DNA of 64,000 nucleotides. Origin: Candidatus Fervidifonticultor sextus. Lineage in GTDB: Bacteria > Sysuimicrobiota > Sysuimicrobiia > Sysuimicrobiales > Humicultoraceae. Below, piece after piece: positions 18,858-28,987 of this stretch; position 1 is the stretch's first letter; each line of letters opens with the position of its first letter. A model generated the notes under the pieces. That model saw nothing but the letters and a program-made list of their open reading frames with translations, was not told the origin of the DNA and made no database searches. The DNA lies in assembly GCA_031459875.1 (NCBI GenBank), contig JAVKHQ010000002.1, positions 32,001 through 96,000 on the forward strand, in the 5' to 3' direction. Made by a program: the position numbers and the translations under genes.

Positions 18858-20270
18858 TTAGTTTACGCAGCAGCTCATCCGTGAAATATCGCGGCGGAAG
18901 GCCTGCGCGGCGAGCTTGATCCCCTCGCTCAGCGTGGGAAAGACATGCACCGTGTCGATGAGATCATCAACTGTCAGCCCAAACTTGACAGCCAGCGTCG
19001 CTTCGTGGATGAGGTCGGCCGCCATGGGCGCGACGACGTGGACCCCCAGGACCTGTGCAGTCTCCGGGTGGATCACCATCTTGATGAGCCCACGGATCTC
19101 CTTGATGACCTTGGCCTTTGAGATCTGGTCGATGCGCACCGTCCGACAGGCGCAGGCGTTGAAGCGCTTCATCGCTTGCTCCTCGGTGAGGCCGACGCCG
19201 GCGACCTGCGGGTTGGTGAACACCGCGTGGGGCACATGTTCGTAGTTAATGGATTTCTGAGATCCGGTGAGGGCGTTCTCGGCAGCCAGATAGCCTTCCT
19301 TGGCGGCTACGGTCTCGAGCTGCATCTTCCCCACGACGTCGCCGGCCGCGTAGATGGTCGGTACCGTGGTCTGCAGCCAGTCGGTGACCTTAATGAAGCC
19401 GCCCCGGGTGACCGCAATGCCCGCCTTGTCGAGGCCGAGCCCGTCGGTATTGGGCGCCACGCCAGCCGCAAGCAGCAGGTGGGTTCCCCTGAACGTGCGG
19501 CGGCCCTGCTCCAACTTCACCTCGGCCACCTTGGTCCCATCGGCCTCCTGATGCACCCGCTCGATCACCGCGGAGGTGTAAATCGCGATGCCCTCCTCCT
19601 CGAGCGATCGCTGCAGTTCTGCGGCGACCTCGGGCTCCTCGCGCGGCAGGACCTGCGGCATCAGCTCCAACACCGTCACCTCGGTGCCGAAGTGGGCGAA
19701 GAGTTGGGCGAATTCGAGACCAAGCGGCCCGGCCCCGACGACGATCAACGACCGGGGCAGTTCCAGCATGGTGAGCGCCGTCTGGTTGTCCAGCCACTCC
19801 ACGCTGTCCAGACCCGGGATCGGCAGGCGCTTCGTCTGGGAACCGGTCGCCAGCACAATGCGGTTGCCCTGCAGGACTTCGCCGTTGACCTCCACCTCAG
19901 TGGGAGACCGCAGGCTGGCACGGCCTTCGATGTACTGGACTCCACTGAGCCCCTCGAGGACGTTGACGTAGTTGCTCTGGCGGTGGGCCGCAACCAGTTT
20001 GTCCTTCTCAAGGACCGCCGTCCGGAAGTCCACGCGTGGTCGGTGTGCGCCCGCGAGGGCCTCAAAGCGCGGGAACTGGGGATAGTAGTACTCGTCCCCG
20101 ACTGTCAGGAGGAACTTGCTCGGCACGCAGCCGACGTTGACGCAGGTTCCTCCTATAGGAAGGCCCGCGTTGATCATCACCGCTGGGGCGCCGAGTTCGG
20201 ACGCGCGCGTCGCCGCTGAGAAGGCTGCCGCCCCGCCGCCAACGATAATCAGATCGAAGCGCTCCATCAT
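18858..20270 (-). CDS. merA: Mercuric reductase (no N-terminal NmerA domain)
   Basis: [30 protein letters not shown]-terminal SCCVN. Confidence 0.93.
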   Translation of the reverse strand: MMERFDLIIVGGGAAAFSAATRASELGAPAVMINAGLPIGGTCVNVGCVPSKFLLTVGDEYYYPQFPRFEALAGAHRPRVDFRTAVLEKDKLVAAHRQSNYVNVLEGLSGVQYIEGRASLRSPTEVEVNGEVLQGNRIVLATGSQTKRLPIPGLDSVEWLDNQTALTMLELPRSLIVVGAGPLGLEFAQLFAHFGTEVTVLELMPQVLPREEPEVAAELQRSLEEEGIAIYTSAVIERVHQEADGTKVAEVKLEQGRRTFRGTHLLLAAGVAPNTDGLGLDKAGIAVTRGGFIKVTDWLQTTVPTIYAAGDVVGKMQLETVAAKEGYLAAENALTGSQKSINYEHVPHAVFTNPQVAGVGLTEEQAMKRFNACACRTVRIDQISKAKVIKEIRGLIKMVIHPETAQVLGVHVVAPMAADLIHEATLAVKFGLTVDDLIDTVHVFPTLSEGIKLAAQAFRRDISRMSCCVN

Positions 20271-20668
20271 GACCTCCTCCGTCGCCTGAGAGGCCTCCGT
20301 GCGAGCCGCCCTCGGTCAATAATCGTGCAGCTCTGGATCCGCTCGCAGTTATCTGCGACCAGCTCTTTGGCGATGGCCAGCAGCTTTCCCACCCGGCGGT
20401 CGCCGACACGGTAGAAGACCTGGCGCCCCTCCTGCCGCGTGGCCACATACCCGCACCACCGCAGGCAGGCCAGATGGCTGGACACACGACCCTGAGGAGC
20501 GCCGGTCAGCTCGACAAGGGCCGTGACGTTCTTCTCACTGTCCATGACGGCTTCCAGAATCCGAAGCCGGGTCGGATCTCCCAACGCCCGGAAGAACTTC
20601 GCGAGCAGCAGGTCTTCCGACAGCGCAGGGAGCACAAACGGGGCGGTCATCTGCTCACTCACTGCCAT
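20267..20668 (-). CDS. ArsR/SmtB metalloregulator (CmtR-like)
   Basis: [25 protein letters not shown], distal Cys pair. Confidence 0.9.
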   Translation of the reverse strand: MAVSEQMTAPFVLPALSEDLLLAKFFRALGDPTRLRILEAVMDSEKNVTALVELTGAPQGRVSSHLACLRWCGYVATRQEGRQVFYRVGDRRVGKLLAIAKELVADNCERIQSCTIIDRGRLARRPLRRRRRS

Positions 20669-20692
20669 GGTGACACCCTCCTTCGTTGCGGC

Positions 20693-21418
20693 CTAAGAGC
20701 CGAGTCCCGGCAGAATGCGGCTCGTTGTGAACTGGTAGTAGATGAGATAAGCCCCGGCGGCGACCATGCCGAAGCCCCCTGCCCATCGGACGCAGGGCAC
20801 CAGAGCGCGCAGGGACTGTGCCAGCAGCCCGCGTCCAATTCCTGCGGCAGTCGATAACGCCAGGAGCACCAGGCCCATCCCCAGCCCGTAGGTCAGGAAC
20901 ACGACCAGACCCGGCACGAATCCCCCGGCTGCCAGCGCCTGCGTCGTCACGATGAGGAAGACCGGCAACGTGCATCCTAGGGACGCTAGGCCGTAGCCAG
21001 CCCCGAACAGATAGAACGCTCGGTACCCTCTTGCGCGCATGACCGAGGACCGGCGCTCGGCGGGATTCGGCACGGCCAGGCCGATTTGCCACCGCGGCCG
21101 GACCAGCATGGCAGCACCGGCGCCCACCACGACCGCTCCAATGACCAGCCCCAGCCAGGGGATGTAGCGCGTCATCGCCACGCCGGCTGCAGAGATCAGC
21201 GCGCCGGTCAGCAGAAAGACCGTCAGCACACCCGTGGTCATCCCGAGACCGACCCCCACCCCGCGGAGAACATCGCCCGGCACGTTGGAGTCATTGCCCG
21301 TCCGGCCCACGAAGTACGTGAGGTAGGCAGGCAACATGGCGAATCCACACGGGTTGAGCGTGGCCACCATCCCCGCTGAGAACGCCCATGGAACCAGCGA
21401 GAAGAGATTCTCCATCAC
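20693..21418 (-). CDS. CcdA/DsbD-family membrane disulfide transporter
   Basis: NPCGFAMLPAY and SLGCTLP. Confidence 0.88.
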   Translation of the reverse strand: MMENLFSLVPWAFSAGMVATLNPCGFAMLPAYLTYFVGRTGNDSNVPGDVLRGVGVGLGMTTGVLTVFLLTGALISAAGVAMTRYIPWLGLVIGAVVVGAGAAMLVRPRWQIGLAVPNPAERRSSVMRARGYRAFYLFGAGYGLASLGCTLPVFLIVTTQALAAGGFVPGLVVFLTYGLGMGLVLLALSTAAGIGRGLLAQSLRALVPCVRWAGGFGMVAAGAYLIYYQFTTSRILPGLGS

Positions 21419-22002
21419 AGGATCTGCGCGATCAGGCGCCGCAGGGTCTCCTGGTCCAGGAACCCCTGCCAGCGCGCGCGCACGACGCCCTGCCGATCGA
21501 CGAAGAGGGTCGTCGGCATACTGCGGAGGTGCAGGATCTTCACCACAGTGTGGCCGCTGGGATCGTAGACCGTGGGATACGTGATGCGCAGCTTGTCCAC
21601 CATCCAGCGCAGCGAGTCCTCAGAATCCAGGACGCCGATCCCGAGGACTTGAAGCCCCTGCGCCTTATGGTCCTGAAAGGCGCGCTGTATGCGCGGGATC
21701 TCCGCCCAGCAAGACGCGCACCACGACGCAAAGAAGTTGACCACCGCGGGTTTCCCCTTCAGATCGGCGGCAGAGAACGTCCCGCCCCCCAGGGCGGGAA
21801 GGCTGAAGGCGGGCAGCAGATCGGCCGTTGCCGCGGCGGACCCCGTTGCAGCAATGGGAAGGGGTGATTGCGCGATCGATTGTGGGCGCCCTGCCGACCG
21901 GGTAAAGAGGACAACCCCAACGGCCGCCACGATACCCGCAGCCACCAGGATCCCGAGCGCCTTCGTCATCCGTAAACCCACTTGACGACCCCGGTCCTTC
22001 AT
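21415..22002 (-). CDS. TlpA-family thiol-disulfide oxidoreductase, membrane anchored
   Basis: VVNFFASWCASC, MPTTLFVD. Confidence 0.9.
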   Translation of the reverse strand: MKDRGRQVGLRMTKALGILVAAGIVAAVGVVLFTRSAGRPQSIAQSPLPIAATGSAAATADLLPAFSLPALGGGTFSAADLKGKPAVVNFFASWCASCWAEIPRIQRAFQDHKAQGLQVLGIGVLDSEDSLRWMVDKLRITYPTVYDPSGHTVVKILHLRSMPTTLFVDRQGVVRARWQGFLDQETLRRLIAQIL

Positions 22003-22046
22003 GGCACCCCTCCTGACCGTAGCACTGCTATGCGCTGATCGTCTGT

Positions 22047-22235
22047 CTACAGCATGCGCTTGCGCCGGGCGACCCTGTAGGCGGCATAGGCAATACCTCC
22101 GAGGCCGACTGCGATCAGCGCGATCTCTCCAAGGAGAAGCCCGGCCCCGATGCTGACGCCCGAAATGAGGAGGATGGGCAGCGCGCAGCAAAACCCCAGA
22201 AATGCGGCAGTGAGCATCGCTTCTCTGGCATTCAC
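22047..22235 (-). CDS. Small two-TM protein with vicinal Cys pair (MerT/MerF-like Hg transporter)
   Basis: GFCCALP in TM1, basic C-tail, mer context. Confidence 0.65.
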   Translation of the reverse strand: MNAREAMLTAAFLGFCCALPILLISGVSIGAGLLLGEIALIAVGLGGIAYAAYRVARRKRML

Positions 22236-23170
22236 CGCGGATTCCCCCCTCCAGGCAGTGCGGCTGACCGATCCGTTCGAGCGAACCAGATGCGATCGGG
22301 CGTGCTGGAGTTCCGGTCAGCCGTCCCGACAGCGGCGAGCCACGGGCCGTCCAGTTGAAGCCCGAGCACGGTGCCGGGCATCGTGCCTCGCCAGCGAGCC
22401 CTGTCGGAGGGCGTACGGACAACCACATTCGGACCAATGGCGACCGCGATCTCCCCACGGGGCGACCCGGCGACAAAGACCGGACCCTGAGCATCCGTCC
22501 AGCGTCCCTGCAGGGCGCCTGACAGGCTGACCACGGCCCCCACGCGGCCGCGGAAGTCGCTGACAACGATCGATCCACCGGCGGCTTGCAAAATCGGCAC
22601 CGCCGTCGGACCAAGCGATAGGGACCATCGGCGGCGTCCGGTGCGCGCGTCGATGCCCGTCAATTGGAGGTCGCCGGCGGTGGTTTTCTGGGCTATCGCC
22701 AGCAGGCCCCCAGGGAAGAAGGCCAGATCCGCGTAGCGGGTTCCGGCGAGTGGTACCTGGCGAAGCAGCCGGCCGGTCCTGGCGTCGAAAATAGCCACCG
22801 CCTGAGAGCTCGCAGCGGCAGCGAGCCCGTCGGCGGAAAGGGCGACGGCCGTGACGTTGCGATGGGGCGCCCGCCACTGGACGCCATCGGCCTGCACCGC
22901 CACGACCTCGTGCTCTAACGAACCAGGGCGGACCCGCACCACGCCCGCGAGGAACTGCTCCCCGGCCGCCACCGCATCAAGGGTGACCCCATCGAGCTCC
23001 ACGCGCTTCGACGTGCCTCCGCTCAGCGAGATCAGCAGCAGTTCGTCGCCGCTGGCAAAGACCTGGCGGCCCCTGAGGAGAAAGCCGACCGCCGGAGTCC
23101 CACAGCAGTTGCTGTTGCGATACTCTGCGGACCAGATCTCCCGTGCCGATCGTACATGGAAGCGGTCTCC
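22232..23170 (-). pseudogene. Beta-propeller (PQQ-like repeat) protein, 5' end lost; contains NCC motif
   Basis: Repeats such as AVALSADG, IFDARTG, IDARTG..RW; frame open to in-frame TAG at 23171-23173 with no clear start. Confidence 0.55.
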
Positions 23171-23232
23171 CTACCACAGTCGCGCGTGCTCTTCCGACCG
23201 GAAGAAGTTGTTCTAACCTCAGCCTCCGTCCC

Positions 23233-23674
23233 GGTAGAGATCCGGGATTTACCTGTGCCAAAGGAGCTCTTCGAGCGTCCAGGGGTGATCGGTGAGGCGC
23301 GCGGCCATGGTCGGGGTGCGGTGACGCCACCGGCGCTGCGATGCGCCGTCAGGCATCGCGATCCGGAGGGCCCCGTGGGGTCAGGCGAAGTTGTCGTAGG
23401 CATCGATGAAGTCCAGAGCTTGCTGCAAGGGCCGACGTTTCTTGGAAAAGCCGAGCGTCTTGCGGGCGATCCGGCGGACTTCCTGCCGCAGGGTCAAGTC
23501 TCCAGCAGCACCTCGGCATACGGCCGGAAGGCACCTAGGGTGAACAGGGGCAGGGTACCGTCCAGACAGCGACGGATCCGCTGGAACAGGCGCCGTGCGC
23601 TGTAGAGGTTGCGATTGCCGACGATCGACGCCAACCGCAGGCGGTAGTGGGGGGCCACAGCCCGCCGGATCCAA
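23233..23674 (-). mobile_element. IS1-family transposase remnant (internal stop and deletion)
   Basis: LTLRQ..RKTLGFSK..YDNF*PHGALR..RTPTMAARLTDHPWTLEELL; candidate terminal GGTAGAGATCC at 23233. Confidence 0.75.
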
Positions 23675-23689
23675 GTACTGCCTACGCTG

Positions 23690-24430
23690 CGCCCGCGGCC
23701 AGAGGAGACGGGTAACGGCGCTGCGGGCTTATCGCTCCAGGGGAATTTTGGCCTCACCACCACGCGGCCGGGGAGTCTGCTCAAGCCGCACATCCCCATC
23801 CGCTCCTTCGCCCAGTGGGATGAGCACCGCCCCGGTTTTATCGAAATGGATCTCGTGGGTCTTCACCGCACTCACCACGATCCGCGACCAGCTCCCCTTC
23901 CCCCTGCTGGGCCTCGACGCCGACAACGACAACGCCTTCATCAACGCCCACCTGATCGCCTATTGCCGTGCCGAGCACCTCACCTTCACCCGAGCCCGTG
24001 AGTACCGGAAGAATGACCAGGCCTACGTCGAGGAACGGAACGGCGCGGTCATCCGCCGCGTCATCGGCTATGATCGCTATGAGGGCGAGCCGGCGACCGC
24101 GGCCCTCAATGCCGTCTACGAGGTCCTCCGCCTCTGGATCAACTTCTTCCAACCGTCCATGCGACTCATCGCCAGGCAGCGCGTCGGCACGAAAGTCCAC
24201 AAGCGCTACGATCAGGCCAGGACCCCTTACCAGCGAGTCCTCGACTCGCCCACCGTCTTGGCAGCAGACAAGCAGGCGCTCCGAGACCTCTACCTCACCC
24301 TCAATCCCATCAGCATCCGGGACGAGCTCGACCACCGGCTGCAGAGGCTCTGGGCCCTCCGCTCAGAGTAAGATCTACGATGAGTCAACAGGTCCACGGA
24401 GAGTAAGGTTTTCAGATGAGTCAACACCAA
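23690..24430 (+). mobile_element. Integrase-core (rve/ISNCY-like) DDE transposase remnant with frameshift
   Basis: TTRPGSLLK..IPIR..PGFIEMDLVG then shifted LPFPLLGLDADND.AFIN..KNDQAYVEERN..NFFQPS..TPYQRVL; end repeats GAGTAAG..GATGAGTCAACA at 24366-24390 and 24401-24426. Confidence 0.8.
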
Positions 24431-24497
24431 TCACCGCCTGACCTGCCTCAGCGGCGTGAGTGGGGTGGGCCGGGCTGACTGTGCGCCTGCAGACCCG

Positions 24498-25940
24498 TCA
24501 ATACGCCCGGGCGTAGTAAACCGTCGCCGTCGCCGCCTGCCCGCAGGCCGGGCAGGACCCTACCGGCACATCATCCAGCGGGATGACCCGGGGCGAGGCG
24601 CCGGTGCGGTCGCGGACGGCATCTTCGCAGGCCTGCGCGCCGCACCAGCCGGTCCGTATGAACCCCCGCCGGTCCCGGATCGCGTCCTCAATCTGGTCCA
24701 GCGTCTCCGCCGCCACGATGTGCGCGTCGAGGAAGGCCCTGGCCCGCGCGAAGTAGGTGCGCTGCACGTCGTCCAGCGCCGCGGCCACGGCCCGCTCGAT
24801 ACCGTCTGCCGCCACCGTCTCTTTCCGGCCGTCGGGGCGTCGGACCAGCACGACCTGGCCTGCCGCCACATCCCGCGGCCCAACTTCCAGGCGGAGCGGG
24901 ACCCCTCGCATCTCCCAGTCGTTGAACTTCCAGCCCGGCGTGTACTCGTCGCGGTCGTCCAGGCGCACGCGCGCCACGGACTTCAGCCGGCCGGCGAGAT
25001 CGCGGGCGGCGGCCAGCACCCGCTCCGTGTCCTTCCCCAGGATCGGCACGATGACCACCTGGATCGGCGCGATACGCGGCGGCAGGCTCAGGCCCCGGTC
25101 GTCGCCGTGGGCCATCACCAGCGAGCCGATCAGGCGGGTGGTCACGGCCCAGGAGGTGGTCCAGACATACTTCTCGGTGTTGTCACGGTCGAGGAACTTC
25201 ACCCCGAAGGCCCTGGCGAAGTTCTGCCCGAGGAAGTGGCTCGTGCCCGCCTGGATGGCCTGCCGGTCCGGCATGAGGGCTTCCAGGGTGTACGTCCAGT
25301 CGGCTCCGGCGAACTTCTCCGACGGCGGCTTGCGCCCCACTAGCACCGGGATCGCCAGGACTTCCTCCAGCAGCTCCCGGTAGATTTCCAGGATCAGCCG
25401 GCACTCCCGGTCGGCCTCTTCCAGGGTGGCGTGCGCGGTGTGACCCTCGTGCCAGAGGAACTCCGCAGTCCGCAGGAACAGTCGCGTCGCCTTCTCCCAC
25501 CGCACCACGTTGTTCCACTGCAGCAGCAGGATGGGCAGGTCCCGGTAGGACTGGATCCACCTGGCGTACATGGGCATGATGATGGCTTCCGACGTCGGCC
25601 GCACCGCCAGCCGCTCGGCCAGTGCCTCCGCGCCGCCGTGGGTCACCCAGGCCACCTGCGGGGCGAAGCCCTCGACGTGCTCGGCCTCTTTCTTGAGCAG
25701 CGACTCGGGGACGAACAGCGGGAAGTAGGCGGTGACGTGGCCGGTGGCCTTGAAGCGCTCGTCCAGCCAGCGCTGGATGCCCTCCCACAGCGCGTATCCG
25801 TAGGGCCGGATGACCATGCACCCGCGCACCGGCGAGTAGTCGGCCAGTTCGGCCTTGAGGACGACGGCGGTGTACCAATCCGAGAACTGCTCGGATTTGC
25901 TGGGGATCTCCCTGACGAACGCCTGGGTCTCAGAGGACAT
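24498..25940 (-). CDS. proS: Proline--tRNA ligase (archaeal/eukaryote-like type)
   Basis: FSDWY, HVEGFAPQ, RPTSEA, VRWE, FLRTAEFLWHEGH, QAGTSH, C-terminal ARAY. Confidence 0.97.
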   Translation of the reverse strand: MSSETQAFVREIPSKSEQFSDWYTAVVLKAELADYSPVRGCMVIRPYGYALWEGIQRWLDERFKATGHVTAYFPLFVPESLLKKEAEHVEGFAPQVAWVTHGGAEALAERLAVRPTSEAIIMPMYARWIQSYRDLPILLLQWNNVVRWEKATRLFLRTAEFLWHEGHTAHATLEEADRECRLILEIYRELLEEVLAIPVLVGRKPPSEKFAGADWTYTLEALMPDRQAIQAGTSHFLGQNFARAFGVKFLDRDNTEKYVWTTSWAVTTRLIGSLVMAHGDDRGLSLPPRIAPIQVVIVPILGKDTERVLAAARDLAGRLKSVARVRLDDRDEYTPGWKFNDWEMRGVPLRLEVGPRDVAAGQVVLVRRPDGRKETVAADGIERAVAAALDDVQRTYFARARAFLDAHIVAAETLDQIEDAIRDRRGFIRTGWCGAQACEDAVRDRTGASPRVIPLDDVPVGSCPACGQAATATVYYARAY

Positions 25941-26079
25941 GATCCGCTCCCGCCTGAGGGTTCGGGGATTATCCTAGCATACTCCCGCCGGACTTCACGG
26001 ACGCGCGCGGTGGGCCGCTGAGGCCCCGGTGGGAGTGCTGCGCGAGAGGCGGGACCCACCCCGCGGAGAACCGTTCCCG

Positions 26080-27636
26080 CTATCGTCCCTCCAGCCATGT
26101 GTTCCAGAAGGCGTGACCCGGCTGGCCGGTGTAGCCCTTGAGCTCCTTCCGATGGAGGTGCAGCAGGAAGTAGTCGCCGTACTTGATGGCCGGGACCTCC
26201 TCCCAGAACAGTCGCTGGGCGCGCTGCCAGATCTCCATGCGCACCTTCGGGTCGGTGTGCCGCTGGAGCAGGGTCATCATGCCCTGCATGTCGCGGCTCT
26301 CGTACCAGCCCGGCCAGGTGGGGTTGAGGACGAGGACCTGCGTGGGATCGGGAAAGGTGAGTTGCGCGGTGTTGAGGGCATCCCACAGCTCAGGGCGCGT
26401 CCGGCGCGAGATGAGCGTCGCCCAATCCACGACCTGGAAGTCGAAGACGAACCCGGCGCGTTCCAGCATCGGCTTGGCGATCTGCGCGGAGATCCCGTAG
26501 GCCTGGTACTCCATGGTGGTCATCCACTTGATGGGCTCCCCGCGGTAGCCGGCCTCCGCCAGCAACTGCCGCGCCCGCTCGGGGTTGCGCTGGTGGTAGT
26601 GCTCGCGGCCCACGTCGGTCCACATGTAGTGCGGCTTCGGCAGCAGGGCCGGGTCGAGGCGCCAGAACCGCGGGTGGCCGAAGGTGCCCCGCATGATCGC
26701 CTCCATGTCGAGGGCGGCCAGCCAGGCCTGCCGCATCTTGGGGTTGACAAAGGGACCCGTCCGCTTGTTGAAGACCGTCGTCAGCCACAGCGGCACGGGC
26801 GGGACGAACGGCACCAGGTTCGGGTCGGCCTGGAGGCGCGGGAACTCGTCCTGGGGCACGCTGTCGGCGAAGTGGTAGTCACCCCGAATCACCCCCGCGA
26901 TGCGGACGGCGACGTCGGGCACCGGCACGAAGATGAGCGTGTCGAGGTAGGCCACCTTCCGTCCGGTGAACCCGTCGGGCGCCTCGCTGCGCGCGCTGTA
27001 GCCGTCGAAGCGGTCCAGCCGGACGTGCCGGTCGGGGAGGTGTTCCACAAACCTGTACGGTCCGGTGCCGATATACCGGCGGATGGGGCCGGCTCCCGCT
27101 TCCTCGATCACCTCCTTCGGGTAGATGACCGCCCCCTGGAGGGAGAACCCCAGGTCGACCAGGATCGGACCATAGGGTTCCTTGAGGGTGAGAACCACAG
27201 TGTGCGGATCCGGCGCGCCGAGCGAGCGGACCACCGAGAACAGGGCGCGGCCGCGCGTTGCGAGCCGTCCCCAGCGGGTCAGCGAGGCCACCACATCGTC
27301 ACTGGTCAGGTCGCGGCCGTGGTGGAAGCGGACGCCGCGGCGCAAGGTGAAGGTGTAGGTCAGTCGATCCGGGCTCGCTTTCCAGGTATCGACCAGCATG
27401 GGACGGGGTTCGAACGTGCTGGTGAGCGCGAACAGGCCTTCATAGACGTGGAGCATGATGTCCCCGACGATCACGGCGGTCGTCAGGTGCAGGTCAAGGG
27501 TCGGGGGTTCCCCGATGTGGGCCATGCGGAAGACCCCGCCGCGTCGGGGCTGGGCCTCCCCTGAGGTCATCGGAACCGCCGCCAGGATCATGGCGAGCAG
27601 GCCCGCGCAAAGGTAGCGCGCTGCGCGTCCCATCAC
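26080..27636 (-). CDS. ABC transporter substrate-binding protein, family 5 (peptide/nickel), orphan
   Basis: EPPTLD, YTFTLRRGVRFHHG, IGTGPYRF. Confidence 0.92.
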   Translation of the reverse strand: MMGRAARYLCAGLLAMILAAVPMTSGEAQPRRGGVFRMAHIGEPPTLDLHLTTAVIVGDIMLHVYEGLFALTSTFEPRPMLVDTWKASPDRLTYTFTLRRGVRFHHGRDLTSDDVVASLTRWGRLATRGRALFSVVRSLGAPDPHTVVLTLKEPYGPILVDLGFSLQGAVIYPKEVIEEAGAGPIRRYIGTGPYRFVEHLPDRHVRLDRFDGYSARSEAPDGFTGRKVAYLDTLIFVPVPDVAVRIAGVIRGDYHFADSVPQDEFPRLQADPNLVPFVPPVPLWLTTVFNKRTGPFVNPKMRQAWLAALDMEAIMRGTFGHPRFWRLDPALLPKPHYMWTDVGREHYHQRNPERARQLLAEAGYRGEPIKWMTTMEYQAYGISAQIAKPMLERAGFVFDFQVVDWATLISRRTRPELWDALNTAQLTFPDPTQVLVLNPTWPGWYESRDMQGMMTLLQRHTDPKVRMEIWQRAQRLFWEEVPAIKYGDYFLLHLHRKELKGYTGQPGHAFWNTWLEGR

Positions 27637-27668
27637 GATCTCCTTTCAGTCCCTCTGGATTCGCCCCG

Positions 27669-28106
27669 TCACGCCGGCATGCGGTCGAAGGCGGGCCCCT
27701 GCCCGTTCAGGCCGGCCTGGGCCGCCAGGCGCTCCGCCGTGGCCGTTCCGTGGTTGATGGCGCGGACCCGGCCGTCGGGGCCGATCACCACCGTGCTGGG
27801 CACGGTCAGGATCCCGAAGCGCTCGACGAGGGCCTCGTACTCCAGCGCATCCACGTCCCGCACCACGACGCGCCCGGGGTACTGCCGGGCCAGGGCGTCG
27901 AGGGCGGGGCGCTGGATCATCTTGCAGGGCGCACAGTCGGGAGCCGAGAAGGACAGGACCAGCGCGCCGGCCTGCGCCGCGCCGAAGGTCTCCACCACGT
28001 CGTGGGCGCGGGCGCCCATGACCCGCCGCCGCCGCCACGCAAGCCACAGCCACACCGCCCCCACCGCGGCCAGCACGATCACGAGGGCTGCAACCGGCGC
28101 GCTCAT
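27669..28106 (-). CDS. Membrane-anchored thioredoxin-like protein
   Basis: N-terminal TM, FSAPDCAPC, ILTVPST. Confidence 0.85.
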   Translation of the reverse strand: MSAPVAALVIVLAAVGAVWLWLAWRRRRVMGARAHDVVETFGAAQAGALVLSFSAPDCAPCKMIQRPALDALARQYPGRVVVRDVDALEYEALVERFGILTVPSTVVIGPDGRVRAINHGTATAERLAAQAGLNGQGPAFDRMPA

Positions 28107-28115
28107 GGCGGTCCC

Positions 28116-28562
28116 CTACGCGCCCTCGGGACGGCGGGGCAGCCACCCGCGCCGGGAGAGCTGGTAGTACACGAAGCACCCCGCGCAGAACCCGACCGTG
28201 ACGTTGAGAAGCGCGAGGGCCGCCACCAGGCCGGCCAGCACCCAGCCCAGCGTGGACACGCCGGCGAAGAGCGCCAGGGTGGATGCCGCCAGGACCGCCG
28301 CGCCGACCCCCTGCGCGAAGCGGTGGGGCGCCGGGTCGTCGGGGATGATGCGTGGCCGGGCCAGGCGCAACGGCACCGCCACGCGATGATAGAGTAGCCG
28401 AAACAGGCTCCTCGTCGGCGACGCCGCACTGGTGGCCAGCGCCGCGGTCAGGAACGCGATCAGCCAGGGCGCCTGCAGCGCGCCGGCGACCACGACCCAG
28501 ACCGCGATGACGAGCTGGGCGAACTTGATGGCTGTCTGATCGACCGTCAATCCCTGCGCCAT
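28116..28562 (-). CDS. DUF4395 membrane protein
   Basis: PHRFAQGVG, GFCAGCFVY. Confidence 0.88.
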   Translation of the reverse strand: MAQGLTVDQTAIKFAQLVIAVWVVVAGALQAPWLIAFLTAALATSAASPTRSLFRLLYHRVAVPLRLARPRIIPDDPAPHRFAQGVGAAVLAASTLALFAGVSTLGWVLAGLVAALALLNVTVGFCAGCFVYYQLSRRGWLPRRPEGA

Positions 28563-28680
28563 GATGCACTCTCCTCCGTCCTCTCGGCCAGACTGCGCAG
28601 AGCCGGTGCGGAGGCTCGTGCCGGGCGCCTGCGATCAGGGTGCGATGTAGGGCGGAGCTACCAGCGGGCGGGGTGGACGA

Positions 28681-28776
28681 TCAGGCGAAGGCGCCAGGCT
28701 GCCTCCGCCGTGGACAGATGCACTGTCGCGGGGTGTAGGGGCTGTGGGCCCGTCGAGTCCACAGGATGATCTTCAT
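28681..28776 (-). CDS. Putative Cys-containing leader peptide MKIILWTRRAHSPYTPRQCICPRRRQPGAFA (31 aa)
   Basis: GAGGA SD, directly after a TTGACA-17-CATAGT promoter, upstream of DUF4395. Confidence 0.55.
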   Translation of the reverse strand: MKIILWTRRAHSPYTPRQCICPRRRQPGAFA

Positions 28777-28790
28777 CGTCCTCGTCAAGA

Positions 28791-28819
28791 ACTATGGCAG
28801 ACCGCCCCGGAGGTGTCAA
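28791..28819 (-). promoter_or_regulatory. Sigma-70 promoter TTGACA-17-CATAGT
   Basis: Perfect -35, 17-nt spacer. Confidence 0.7.
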
Positions 28820-28987
28820 GGCGTCCTGCCCGATCCCGCCGATCCGCAGAGGCCCTCGAGGGCGCACGGCTGCGTGCGTTGACGGCCGTTGCCGAGTCCT
28901 GTAGTCTGACAGCGTGCCAGCGTACGGTCGCACCGCTACCCCGCCGGTCGGTCGTCCCGCGCCCTCCGGGATCACGCCGCTTCGGTC

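Noticed and set aside
23156..23605. 149-aa plus-strand ORF
   Set aside because: Antisense of the IS1-family transposase remnant
24366..24426. Two ~25-bp repeats as a mini-CRISPR
   Set aside because: Only two imperfect copies with a 10-nt gap, at a transposase 3' end; better explained as IS end repeats
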